A stretch of 63,417 nt of DNA, filler included, from Olpidium bornovanus S191 (GCA_017911155.1; 29 parts of 29 records of this genome joined end to end with filler, not necessarily neighbours in it), one strand, 5' to 3'; shown: positions 23,889-35,924, counted from the first letter of the whole stretch. Made by a program: numbers and translations. Notes: generated from the sequence alone by a model not told the origin.

Positions 23889-23951
23889 GTAACCGACCGT
23901 CGCAACCGTCGCAACCGTTGTAACCCGTAACCGTCGCAACCGTCGTCAACC
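23889..23951. repeat. short tandem array of ACCGTCGCA / GTAAC units upstream of TTC25
   Basis: gtaaccgaccgtcgcaaccgtcgcaaccgttgtaacccgtaaccgtcgcaaccgtcgtcaacc. Confidence 0.7.
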
Positions 23952-24129
23952 GATTGTGAAACCCCACTCTTCCCACCCTTCTCTTCTCCCAACAACCTGT
24001 GTCATAACCGGAAAAAGATGCACGTCCGAGGGGGCCCCTGTTTCGAAACGCGCATCCTGAGCGGAGGCGGAAACCGGTGGCCGTGTGAACGGGAAATCCG
24101 CGACCGATAACAGAAAACGTCAAAAAAAA

Positions 24130-24279
24130 ATGAGTAAAAGCCGAGCGGCGGCGGGCGGGGACACGGATGACGAGTCCGAGGCCAACGGGCCCGTCTCGTC
24201 CTTCCAGTCTCTGGCGGCCGAGGCCGACATTCTGGCCAAGCAGGGGGATTACAGGAAGGCGATCGACGCTTTCACGAAG
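24130..24279 (+). CDS. TTC25: first exon of the outer dynein arm docking complex TPR protein TTC25/ODAD4
   Basis: MSKSRAAAGGDTDDESEANGPVSSFQSLAAEADILAKQGDYRKAIDAFTK|gtgag resembles the TTC25 N-terminus (S.F....AEG..L...G.F.KA...F). Confidence 0.7.
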
Positions 24280-24435
24280 GTGAGAGAAGGGCGCGAACGA
24301 AGGAGAGGGCGGGAGGAAAGGGGGCGGGGTGATCCGCGGATCTGCGAGAAAATAAAAAAAAGAAAGAAAAAAAAAAATCAAATCTGGCTAGGTCTCTCTG
24401 CCGATCGAGGACCGTGACGAGTAACTGGCAAAAAA

Positions 24436-24480
<45 letters not shown>

Positions 24481-24944
24481 ACCGGGAAAAAGGGGCCCCA
24501 AACCCCCCAGCCACATACCCTCCCGTCCCCCCCCTCCGTCGNNNNNNNNNNNNNNNNNNNNNNNNNNNNNNNNNNNNNNNNNNNNTTAATTAATTAANNN
24601 NNNNNNNNNNNNNNNNNNNNNNNNNNNNNNNNNNNNNNNNNACAAACCCGGGAAATGGGAGGTGGGACGTTAACGCGTGCCCGGTTCGATGCCCACGGGA
24701 GAGGAGCGCGCGCGCTGCTTCTTTCCCGATGAACGTTCTGATTCCTGTTGGAGTGTGGCGGGGGGGGCGGGCCGGCCGCGCGGGCGGGAGGGAAAAGGTT
24801 TTTTCTCCGTTGTCATGCAATCACGCAGTCACGCAATCACGCTATCACACACGCCCTCGCACTGACATGGAACGGCCCGCTGTCGGCCCACCGGTGTAAG
24901 GTTCTCCGCCGCACACACACAACCTACCCGGTTGCGCTTGGGGG

Positions 24945-24982
<38 letters not shown>

Positions 24983-25260
24983 CCTTCCAAGAAATTTTCC
25001 GTCCCGCGCGGAAGTCGTCAAAAGAACGAGCAATAAACCACACACTCATTCCCTCCGTCCGGCGCACTCCGGTGTCAGGATCCGCCCGCAGGATCTCGGC
25101 GACTTCCGGACGGTGAATTTCCGATCCGAAAATCGGGGGAAAACCGAAACCGGGAAGGCCGGCGAGCGCACGGGAGTAAAAGGAGTTTGTCTGGCCCCGC
25201 TGGAAAACTCCCAAAAAGATTAAAGGGAAAAAAACACAAAAAAAAAAAAAAAGGGGAGGC

Positions 25261-26156
25261 ATGGCCGGAAGGTCGGCTGTGACCGCATTCGCGCTCCCGG
25301 CGGCAATAACCGCGGCGGCGGCGGCGGATGGCGCTCTCGTCCCGCGGGACATGACGGCCGTTGACAGCGTGGGGCTGTGGCAGGTGAAACAACGGCGACT
25401 GCTCGGCGCCCAAGCTTGCGATGGACGGGATGGGGATCCCGTGCTCGCTGATCACCGTCACGGCCGGCGGCGGCGGCGGCGGAGGCGGACGGCGCCGGGC
25501 GGTACAGCCTGCTGGTGACGTGCTCGGACCGGCTGGCGGTCCCGGTCGGCGGCGCGTACCCGTCGGCGATGTCGGAGGCGCAGCGGGCGGCGATCGATGA
25601 CTACCAGGTCGCGTGCAGCGTGCGCCGCGTGACGTTCGGCGTCTGGCCGACGCCGCCGCCGGGCGTCAGCTACCCGCCGCTCGGCGGATGCTGCCGGCTC
25701 GCCGACCACGGCACTGACGACCAGCCCGCCTACCTGACGCCCGAGGGCGCCCCGCCTGGCCGGCGGCCTCGCCGGCATCAACCCGGCCGCCCCTGCTCTC
25801 CACCGCCGGCCTCGCCCACTACCCGACCACGCTGTACGCGGGCGCCCGCTTCGCACCTGTGGGACCGCCAGAACAACACCGCCTACAAGTTCAGGATCAC
25901 CCGCCGACGGCCTCCTCATCCACCGGCGCTGGCAGGCCGACCTCACCCGCGAGGCTGCCCGCCGGGTCGAACTTCGCCTTCGGACGCGGCCAAGGAGGCA
26001 TCGTTCGACAGGGCGTTCGCCGGGCGCGGGCACTTCGGGCTGGAGGGCACGTACTACTCGCCGAACTCGCTGGTTCCGCCGGCCATCCACGGGCCTGCTC
26101 AACGGCGACGCGCTGCGGGCGTTCCGGGACAACGGGATCCGGTATGTGGTCGGGGG
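25261..26156 (+). pseudogene. Agd3-like carbohydrate esterase (CE18, GAG deacetylase family) relic with several frameshifts and internal deletions
   Basis: Blocks occur in the Agd3 order but in different frames: LAMDGMGIPCSLITV; GRYSLLVT...SAMSEAQRAAIDDYQVACSVRRVTFGVWP...GGCC; STAGLAHYP; YKFRIT; WQADLTARLPAGSNF; YSPNSLVPPAI/TGLLNGDALRAFRDNGIRYVVG. Confidence 0.8.
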
Positions 26157-26640
26157 CAGGCTGTCGCGCTCGCGGAGTCGCCCGCTGTGTATATGCTGAC
26201 ACTACCCCTCCCGCGCTCGCCCTCCGTTCTCGGCCCCCCGCCTCCGTTCCCGCCCCCTCGCCTCCGGCCGTCTTCTCCCGCCCTCCTCCTCCTCCCCCGG
26301 TTTCGCCGCAGCCTTCCATTTCCTTCTCCCCCCCCCCCCCCATGTATATCTATATCCACTATATAATACTAAGATGTTATTTACCTACTATTTATATTAT
26401 TGGTATGTATGGTGTAGATGTCTACCAATAATAAAGGGCCCTAGTAGCTTTAGTAACAAATNNNNNNNNNNNNNNNNNNNNNNNNNNNNNNNNNNNNNNN
26501 NNNNNTTAATTAATTAANNNNNNNNNNNNNNNNNNNNNNNNNNNNNNNNNNNNNNNNNNNNAATTCGCGATAAGCTATTAGCTATGTGTGTGTGAGAGTC
26601 ACATAATATTGGCAGAAGCACAGGCAAACAGAATTCTCAC

Positions 26641-28999
26641 CAGCCGGTCTCGCCGCTGACGATGGTCACTTGGTTTTTCATGATACACTGCGCAGATGTG
26701 GGGCGTGGGTAGTCAAGGGAAAAAAAGAAGAGAGTGGTGCTGCACAGTCAGCACGGCCCCAGCAGAACGCGGCCCAGATAGCGAACAGCAAACGAGTGGG
26801 AAAGCAAATTCTCGACGGCACACTGCGCAAAAGCAACCTCGACATACATCAACAATATTCTGTTTGAAGAAGAACGACGGCAGATTCTCGCGAACGTTAA
26901 GGAGCCTGACGAACTCAGCATTTTTTCTCTTCATCTGGTTGGATTGCAAAAGGATCCGGTCCATTTCCGGTATGCGCTTGAGCGGCGTATGCTTCCTTCC
27001 ATTACCGCCGGACGTTCCCTTTTTAGGCAAGGGTAGTCCCGGTCCGCCCAATTCCTGTTTCCGGAGATGTGCAGGCGTCGCCGGTTTCTCACTCGCAGCA
27101 ACCTTCGGTCCCGGCGACGGGCGATGCAAACCCTCAGTCAGGTTCTTGAGAGAGGGGGGGCTGGCTACCAGTCGGGGGACGTTTTCTTCGGCCCATTCTA
27201 CCAGGGAAAACACCATCCCAGTTCCCACCATACCCCTCGCAGCCACGTTCAACTCCCGAATGATCGACAGACGGATATACGCCGGCAGGTGAGGATTTCT
27301 GAACAGGGCAAGCGGGGGCGCGTACGGGTACGCGCTGCCCTCCGGTACCCGAATCTCAAGTTGCGACGGCGGCCTGATGGCCCGGTTGCCGCCAAATTGA
27401 AGGTCGATTATGACGGCGCGGGGAGAAGGACAGTTGATTCTTTCGTCGTAAATGGCCTTCAGCGCCGCCGCCTCCTCTTCCCAGAGATAGGCCACTTCTT
27501 CCGGGATGTGGTCCGGAGCGTGAAACGGAGTCTGCGTCAGCCGCTCCAGCAGCGCCTGCAGGGCAGCCATCTCGTTGCCGTCGTGCTGCTCCAAGGTGGT
27601 TTTGCACAGCTCCTTGGCGAAGCCCACGCTCGAAAGTCGCTGCGTCGCGTACTCGACCGCGAGAGACTCCGTGTCGTGACGGGTGGAGGTGACTTCGGGG
27701 TTGAACGTGTTCTGCAAGAAATTCCGCGGAAGGTCTGACGAGGTGTTCGTGCAAAAAGTCAACGATCTCCTGCGCGCACCGCTCGGTCCGGGCAAGCGAA
27801 GGCGGACGTGAGCTCACCGTCTTCCGGGACGTTCAAGCACAACCAGTCTAGTGCGCTCGTCTGGTCCGAGCAGATCGTCAAAGCCTCGGCAACATGTTCA
27901 GGACGGAAACCCATGCGCACTAGGTTGTTCCGCAGATGGTGATTGACAGGCTTGCGAGAAATAGTTTTCCCCTCGTCGTCCGCCTTCGGTAAAGTTGACT
28001 AGGCGAAGAATTCCCGGGAGACGGAGTCAGCGTTCCCGTTCCGGCCAGTAGCCGCTGGCGAGAGGCAAGCCGCGTTTCGGCCGCGGCGCAAAAACCGGAG
28101 GAAATGAGGGGGAAAAAAAAAGAAAGAAAACGCACGTCTTCGGGCGGCGCTTCGCGGAAAAAGTCGCGGACAACCTGCTCGACGAGCTGCCGCGTCTCGG
28201 CCGACATGTGACCCATCGGGAGGGCTTCCCAGTGTCGCTTTTCGCGGGCGGCCGCCGCCTCCTGCGCCGACCTGTCGGCCGGTTCTCCGCCGTTCGCGAG
28301 CGTTCGTTCTCCGCTGCCACCCGTGCCCCAACGGCCGGGGCCGCCGGGGCCGGAAGGGCTCGCGCTCCTCTGCGGCCGACGCCCGCCTTCTCCCCGCGCC
28401 GGAGGCGGGGGCGGCTTGGCGGTGAACGGATCTGCAGCGTACTTCCATTCTCCCGCCTGCCCTTCTTCCTTTCGGGCCTTCTCCAGGGTCTGCCAATAGT
28501 CGCGGTGTTCCGGGGGCAACGCGTGGTGCATGGACACCCTAGAATTGACGCGGTGCAGGGCGTAAGTGGCGGCCCAGTGGTTCGCTAGCGCGGCCGACGG
28601 GCCGGTGCGGTCCGGCGGCGTGAACCTGACGTTTAGCACCTCGCCGGTCTTGGTCCGCTTCGACAGGTGTATCGTCGTGACGAAGCCGTTCTCGACCCTC
28701 CGCGGCTGGATCCCCGGCTTGTTCCATTTCTGCTTCTGGCAGAACTCGTGCAGGAGGCCGAGCGGCGTCTTCCCGGTCCACGACCCGAACAGCGAGGCGG
28801 GCTTCTCCTGGACAGGTTTCCCGTCCGGCCCTAAGCGGATGTCCCCGCTGCGGTCGCCTCCTCCGCCGCCTTTTTTGCCTTCCCCGCCGAGGCCCGGAGT
28901 GCCTCCCGCGCCGCTCGCGTTTGATTTGGGGCCGCCTCCCGCGGCAGCAGCGCTGCTGGAGTTCTGCCCTTGCTGCTGCCTTGGGGGCTTCTTCCCCAT
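26641..28999 (-). CDS. DEAH/RHA helicase of the DHX57/DHX29/YLR419W type: N-terminal half (dsRBD-like, UBA-like, RWD) and start of the helicase core
   Basis: Reads MGKKPP...; GKTPLGLLHEFCQKQKW; HWAATYALHRV...LPPEHRDYW; RWD-like EEEAAALKAIY...YPYAPP...GMVFSLVEW; RENLPS; and the exon KNQVTIVSGETGC|gt (Walker A start). Truncated at the contig end. Confidence 0.9.
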
Positions 29000-29715
29000 G
29001 GTGTCTTTGTTCCTCTCGGCGGCCGCCCCCAAACCTGCCGACGGGTTTTTTGGTGAAAAGGCAAGCCCGGGCCGGGGCCGTTCACAGGGCCCTTGGCGAA
29101 TTGCGCGCGAATGCGCCAGAAGAACACGGGCAGCCCGCTCCCACGGTATGTACCCCCCACACTGGGGGCCGCCCAAAGGGCAGACCGCGCCACCATAGAC
29201 CGTCCCCCGCGCGCTCTAGTAAGAACACCAGCAGCTCCCGGTCGACTGCGCTTACTTACCTGTGGGGGAGGGGGGAATTGGTAATGGTGCGGGGCGCGGG
29301 CTGTTTCAGGGTGGCGAGAGTTTACCCCGGAGGGAAGCCAAACAGGCGCGGCGATGAGACAGGGCAGAGGAGAACAATAATGAAACAGGTAGACACAAGT
29401 CGAATGGCAACGATGAAAAATCGACGCCTGGGCTTGAAAAATGCGCTTCGTGAGCTGCAGTTACTCCTCGTTAGCCGAGGAAATTTATGAGCGCTGTCTC
29501 ATAGCCGAGAGAGACTGCTGAGATCACGAGAGCCCGCTCGTATCGATCCGCGTGGTTCGCAGCATTTGAATGTCCACGAATTACCGTGGGGTCCGCAGGA
29601 CAATGAAAAAAAAAAAAAAAAACGTCCCGCATTGTGGGTGGGGGTGGGGGGGGAGGGGGGGGGGTTCCAGGTTATTGCTCCGCTAATCAGCGCCGCGTTA
29701 CCTGGTTAGAGGGGT

Positions 29716-29775
<60 letters not shown>

Positions 29776-29938
29776 AAGGGGGAGGAAAAGNNNNNNNNNN
29801 NNNNNNNNNNNNNNNNNNNNNNNNNNNNNNNNNNTTAATTAATTAANNNNNNNNNNNNNNNNNNNNNNNNNNNNNNNNNNNNNNNNNNNNCGCTGTTCTC
29901 CCTGAGCTCCTAGCCAACGGATTGTGTCCACCTCTCAC

Positions 29939-30981
29939 CTTAGCTCCCTTGGCACGTTGCGCGGAATCCTCCACAAAGTCCGGGGGATAAGTATACGCAT
30001 AATGTCCCATGGGGACTCTGCCAACGAACCACGAGTCCATAAAATTCCCGCACTCTTCAACCAGTTCGCGTTCAGCTGCCTGGAAACAATACGATGGAGA
30101 TCGAACAAGTAAGCCTGCGCGCCGGCGGAAAAAAGAAAACCCCCGGGCCGGTGTGAACCGTTTCCGCCACCCTGACCCTCTTGGATCTCAGGCCAGCCTC
30201 CGTTCAGTGCTGGACGCCAAGCCGACTTCATTACCTCGACGAGACCCTCTCCGGACTCCACAGCGCCCTGGGGAAACGCCCACTGGTGATCTTTCCGGGC
30301 CTTTTTTACAATCAGGTAAAGGGTGCTTTCCAAAGCTCTGTCGAGCGACTTCACGTCGCCCATCCGGTCCGCTTCGGTGACGCGGGGTTCCGTAACGTAT
30401 TGAGAGGCGCGCGCCGCCTCCTCGTCCTCCTTGGCGAGCTGCTCGGCTGTCGCGTCGTCGATGGCGGCCTGCCAGGGCGCGCTGTACTCGGGCTCGCAGT
30501 TGGGGGCCGCGGCGACCTGGAAGGCGCGCTTCATGCGCTTGTCGTAGTCGGTGAGGAACCTCCGCTCGGCGGACGTCCGCTTCTTGAAGTAGAAGTCGGT
30601 GCCGAAGGGCGCTGCGTTGTACAGCCTCAGGGCGTCGCGGTACGCGAAGTAGGCCTGCTCGAAGTCCGTCAGGGCCCGGGTGACCACGGGACCCCGCGAC
30701 AGGACGACCGCCGCTTTGATGTGGTCGCCCGACGCTCCGACCCGCGGGAGGCCCGGAACTCCCGCCGCGGGCGCACTGCCGCCGCGCGCCTTCCGACGAG
30801 ACACGTCCAGCGCCCTCGCGTAGTGCCTCCTGGAGAGCCCCGCTCCGGCAAAGCGTCCCCGGCGGGACGCGCTCGCCGGCGTTGCCCCCGCTGCAGCTGG
30901 CGCGGCGCTCGGGCACGGGCGCGCGACCGCCGGCAGCAGGCCGGCCAGTCCGGCGACAGCGGTCCTCGCCAATCGCACCAT
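29939..30981 (-). CDS. MRPL46: mitochondrial ribosomal protein mL46 (yeast MRPL17), C-terminus missing
   Basis: Reads AAVVLSRGPVVTRALTDFEQAY, DFYFKKRTSAERRF, PRVTEADRMGDVKSLDRALESTLYLIVK and WAFPQG; the next exon reads AAERELVEECG...WFVGRVPMGHY. Confidence 0.93.
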
Positions 30982-33801
30982 GAGATCGGGCCCCGCGAGA
31001 CTGTGCGCGCCCCTTTCTGGTGGCCGTTACTACCTCCGACGACGACCGCCCGGCTGCTGGTCCGGCTTCCCGCCTTCCAGAGAGAGAGGCAAGCGTCCCT
31101 GGGGGGAAAGCGGGCGTGCGTTGTTCCCCAAACAAGATTTTTTTTTTTCGTTCACACGAACTCGGGGGAGGTTTTCGGAGTTGCGTGTATATATATATAT
31201 ATATATATGCTCATGCCGCCAACAACGACGACTCCGCCTCTCTTATTAGCTCAGTTATTGCGCAGCACAGTACAACGCCGATGGCGCAGGCGCTGACCTC
31301 GCATCCATCTCAGATAATTGGAAAACGGAAGGCCGCCATCCCGTTATTCGGCGCCGTTTGCGGCCCAGCTATGTATCAATTGGCGCTGGTCGGCATATTG
31401 GTACCCTTGCTGCCCGCGCGCTAGGTAGTTCTCTGGCCGCCCCGCGGCGCACGGCACTCCCGCGCGTGGAGCAACTACGTCAAGAACGCTGGTGTGATTT
31501 TCTTTATTTTTTTTTCCGTTTTCGTCAGATGAGGAAAGCTTCGCCGGACAAAGGCGGGGCGGGGAGGCGGTCGGTGACCGGCCCGAAGCGCTCGCGTTTG
31601 CGGGCCGGTTGGGGGTGGACCGGGGGGAGGGGATGGGGAAGGGCTTTTTGCGGGTGACGGACATGGGCGCCGCTTCCCCCCCCCCCTCCCCCAAGTTCGC
31701 CACGTTGCAAATGTCGGGCAATCCGAAGGCGCTGATCCGGGTTTGGTCGGCAGATTCGCGCGCGCTGGGAACGTTGCGCACGGCGGAGCGAGAGAAAGGA
31801 GCCGGTCGACCTCCTCACGTTTTCCCCCGGACGTTGCGGAAAACCAGCTCGTCACGGCGACGCAAGCTTTCAAGTAACTGGCGCAACAAGAGATAGGGGC
31901 TGACAGGGACAGCCCCTCGCCCGAAGCCAAAACCCGCGGCGCCCGCCCCCCCCCCTCTTCCCCGGGGCGTATAAAACCCCGCCGACGGCCGTCGCGCTTT
32001 GGCTTTTTCCCAGGCCCCGCCCGACCAAATTCCAATACCAAAGAGGTAACATGGACAGCGCTGTTATTGTGTTTTTTTTTTTTTTTTTTTTCGTTCTTTT
32101 ACTTACCAATCCCGACTGGGCCAGGAACGAGTTGGCTGATATTGAGAAAAATGCGGAATTCCCCTCCTTGCGGCGGTGGGGGCCGGCATTGGCTTTTGAG
32201 GGAAAACATTGTCTGGCGCCGGGAACTCTTGCCCCGCGAACCCCGGCGAATCTGAACCCCCGATCAACGATTCGTTGCAGAAAATTAAGAACCCACTGTT
32301 TTGTGGGTTGGTGCGTCGCCCCAAACCCCCGGTAGATGAAGGTCGCCGGCCTTGCCGTCGCCATTCTCGCCCAGGTCGCCTGCGCGGAGCCCAACCCCGA
32401 TCCAGCCCCTGCTCCCGCCCCGGAGCCTTTCCCTCCCGGCGGCTACTACGGGAAGGGCAAGGGCTACGGCAAAAAAAGTTTTGGGAACAAAGGTTTCGGC
32501 AAAAAATGATTCTACGGCAAGAAGGGAAAGGGCAAGGGCTTCTACTGAGCTGCGCGCTTAAGAAGGCTGGCGTTTCTACGTTAGTGCACGGGATTTGTGT
32601 AGTACAGAGAGGGCTCCAGAAAAAATTTCTTTTTTATCTCAGGTGAGCTTTGCCTAAAACTTTCTGTCTTCCGAACCACGCCAAAAGCGGGAGGTGACAA
32701 ACGTGGTTTGAGGCGAGTTGGAAAAGCGCAGCTGGTCGTTTCGTTTGGCGCCAGTTGCTTCATACCGCTGCGGGTTTGATTGTGGGCTTGTAGCGGTCTC
32801 TGCTGTGAGGTTGGAGAAGTTGGCTTTATTTCTTTTAGCAACAGCGTTTTGGGTTTCACAACGAAATAAGCCGATCCCTGATGCGCACACCCCGATTTGA
32901 GGGCACGTCGTGACTTCGCCAGTCGCCAGGGAAGGGGACGTTTTGCGGTTTGGAAAACGCACCGTTCTCTAGGTCGTCCATCTTCCGAAATGCGCCAAAA
33001 TCGGCACAAGGGCGTTTTGGTCGGGTAGACGCCGCGCAAGCGCAGGGGCGTACGTACCTCGTCCTCCCACGCAGATTTATTTTCGTAAGCAAAAAACTTT
33101 TCCATTTACTTTCCAATTTAATTTCGGATGTTGGAACTGACGCGCGCGCCGTACGGATACCGGCTTCACAGCTGTGCCTTTAAACCCCATTTTTTCGTTT
33201 TTTTTTTCATTTTCTTTTTTTTTTTTCTTTTTTTCTTTTTTTCGCTTTTTCTTCTTTTTTTTTCGTTCTGATTTTCTACCTTTCGTTTTTTCTTTTGCCT
33301 TTCTTTTTTTTTCTCCTTTTTGCTCTTTTTTTTCTTTTTCTCTTTCTCTTCTTTTCTTTTTCTGATGCTTTTACCTGTTCTTCCGGTAAGCGCGCGTTTG
33401 CGAGCAACCTTTTTGTTGCGCAAATGGCGGAGCGGCCACGACCGGCCCCCGTCGGCGCCGGCCAGAACAAGTTACTGCGAGAGCAGCAGCAACTCCGCTT
33501 GGGCCGAGCCTTTCTTCCTACGTGGTAAAAAGCAAGTTCCTTTCCAGGTAGTTCCGGTGCCGATCCCGGGATTATGTGCTGCAATCACAAACGTGTGCTG
33601 CACCGCTTTCCACCGCGCCCCCGCGCCAAGAACGGTTTGTTTGCCCGAGACGGCGACTTGCGGCGGTTTTGTCCGGCACGGGAAATGGGGCGGGGTGGGG
33701 GAAGCAGGGGGGAGGGGGGGGGGATAATGGGCCGATTATTTTCAACCGGCTGCGCTCTGCGGCTGTAGTATGCCGCGACGCATTATCAATGCATGTGACG
33801 C

Positions 33802-33875
33802 GGTCTCTTAGCTCAGTTGGTTAGAGCGTGGTGCTAATAACGCCAAGGTCACAGGTTCGACCCCTGTAGGGACCA
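33802..33875 (+). tRNA. tRNA-Ile(AAT)
   Basis: GGTCTCT TA GCTC AGTTGGTTA GAGC G TGGTG CTAATAA CGCCA AGGTC ACAGG TTCGACC CCTGT AGGGACC A forms a full cloverleaf with a downstream T-run terminator. Confidence 0.97.
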
Positions 33876-33911
33876 TGACTCCTGTGTATTTTGATTTTTT
33901 TTTGACAACAT

Positions 33912-33953
33912 ACTAATAACGTTAAGGTTACAGGTTCGAACCCTGCATAAGAC
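33912..33953 (+). pseudogene. degenerate 3'-half copy of tRNA-Ile
   Basis: actaataacgttaaggttacaggttcgaaccctgcataagac aligns to the anticodon loop through acceptor of the adjacent tRNA-Ile, with mostly transition differences. Confidence 0.75.
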
Positions 33954-34095
33954 TTCAAATATTTAATCTTTGATACCTGTTTTTTACTTCGTCANNNNNN
34001 NNNNNNNNNNNNNNNNNNNNNNNNNNNNNNNNNNNNNNTTAATTAATTAANNNNNNNNNNNNNNNNNNNNNNNNNNNNNNNNNNNNNNNNNNNNC

Positions 34096-34235
34096 ATGAC
34101 GTGGAAGCGTTCACGTGAAAGCGGGAGTGTGGGAGCGCTATTGAACTGCGCAAACAAACGCTGCAATGACGTAGAAGCGTTCACGTGAAAAAGGGGAATG
34201 TAGGGGCGTTATTGAACTGCGCTAACTAACACTAA
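34096..34235. repeat. two-copy 70-bp imperfect tandem repeat
   Basis: ATGACGT(G/A)GAAGCGTTCACGTGAAA...TATTGAACTGCGC occurs at 34096 and 34166. Confidence 0.85.
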
Positions 34236-34484
34236 CATTCTGTTTGATCTTGTCCTTTGAAACATCTTATGTGATTGCCAGCGTAAGGCTTTTTAGTAGA
34301 TTACCATCAAGTTTTATAGTAGATTGCCATCAAGGTCCATTAAGAGGTAGGTCCCAGCGCTCCGGGGTATCTCCCAACCTCTGTGTAGACTGAGCCAGCG
34401 TGTTGCAAAATTGTTCTCTTCTGCTAGGAGTGGATTTTAAGGGGGATTGAATGGAAACGCATCCAATTGCCCCCCCGCCCGACG

Positions 34485-34690
34485 GCAGATTCTGCGTCCG
34501 AGTCTGCGTCAAATTCGGCGTCTGAATCTGCATCAGATTCTGCGCCGGGGACTGCATCAGATTCTGCGTCTGAGTCTGCGTCAGATTCTGCGTCAAATTC
34601 TGCGTTTGAGTCTGGTTCAGATTTTTGTGTCTGAATCTGCGCCCAAATTTGCATCAGAATCCGCGCTCAGTTTTGCATCTGAATCTGCTC
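34485..34690 (-). repeat. 12-bp unit minisatellite (consensus TCTGACGCAGA[A/T] on the minus strand)
   Basis: About 17 degenerate units; reads (S/F)DA(E/D) tetrapeptides in one frame, with a frameshift. Confidence 0.85.
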
Positions 34691-35924
34691 ACAAGTTTTT
34701 CATCTGAATGATTCTCCCGATCCGTCCCAAAAAGCGTGCCGACAGTTCTGCTATGGGCTGCCGGCGTCGCAAAGCGTCCGGCAAAAATTTTTCTTTCATT
34801 CCTTTGCTTTTAGTTTGCGTGAGCAAGCTGCGACCGAACAAACTATTGATGGTGAGATTGAAAAACTGGGGGGTGAGTTGTTTTGGACGTGACGGGGGTG
34901 GGCCATAGAAATTCGACAACAGACAACCATGATCGCCCAGCTGCGACGGAATGGCTTCCGGGCCCGGTAGTTGGTCTCTGGTTTTTACGGTTACGCTCGC
35001 GGTTGCGCTCCTTCTGTATCTTGCACCCAGGGCTAATGGCCGGCCTCCAGCGCTTTTTGCGCCCATGCTTCGGCTCTTTCGAAATAACTGTTCTCCCCCG
35101 TTTGGCGCTTCATTTCTTCCTCACCCTCACGGATGCGCGTCGTTTCTTCCTCACCCTCACGGTTGCTTTTTCGCCCTCTCTTCCTATTAGGTCAGCAACT
35201 CGTACCAGGCGGTCAAACCGTTCTAACACACTCCGAACGACGCCGCCCTTGGTTAGAGTGGTTCAGACCCATACCTTTGTCTTCTCCTGCGCCGACGTCT
35301 TCCGGTGCTGCGTCAAACGCCTCGGATCATGGTTCCGAGTCGGTCCGCGGCGCAGGCAGGCCCCCCCCCCCCCACCCCGCTTCATTCCGTCGCCACTTCA
35401 TCCGCTATCACCTGCAACCTTTGCTCTCGCGGTAGAAGGCTATCAGCTGGCAAGTCCTTTGACCAACAAACTTGAGGCGGCGGCCCTCCGCTTTCATGAT
35501 TTTGCTACTGACTCTAAAAACTCAGTGGAGCGTGAGTGTGCTCCGTGGCTATCGAGGCACGAAGTAAATGACACTCGCTCGGGAATTGTTCGTTCTTGTG
35601 AACCGGTCATGCTGCCGGTGAAACATTTCCTGTGACTCAGGTCGGCCGGAGGAGTGCGGTCGTCAGGGCAGCATGTGCAAGGAGAAGGAGCAAGAACAGC
35701 AGGAGCCTAATTGCCACGACGACAATTCCCAGAAGATTATCACAAAGATGGACACGGGTTTAGACATTGATGATCGCATCGCTGCTGCTGTTGCCCATCA
35801 TGGGCACAATCATTTTGGAAACACAGGGTGGAAGGAGACTTATTTCACTTTACGCATCTAAACCATGCAATAACCTGTGAAGATTACTGTGTCAGAGGCC
35901 CTACATCCTGCAACTTTAGCAGCG

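Noticed and set aside
30181-31296. Long antisense or alternate-frame ORFs (e.g. 30181-31296+, 45343-45900+, 50684-51682-, 28566-29198+, 13603-14283+)
   Set aside because: These are shadow ORFs expected opposite GC3-rich genuine genes, with no recognisable motifs.
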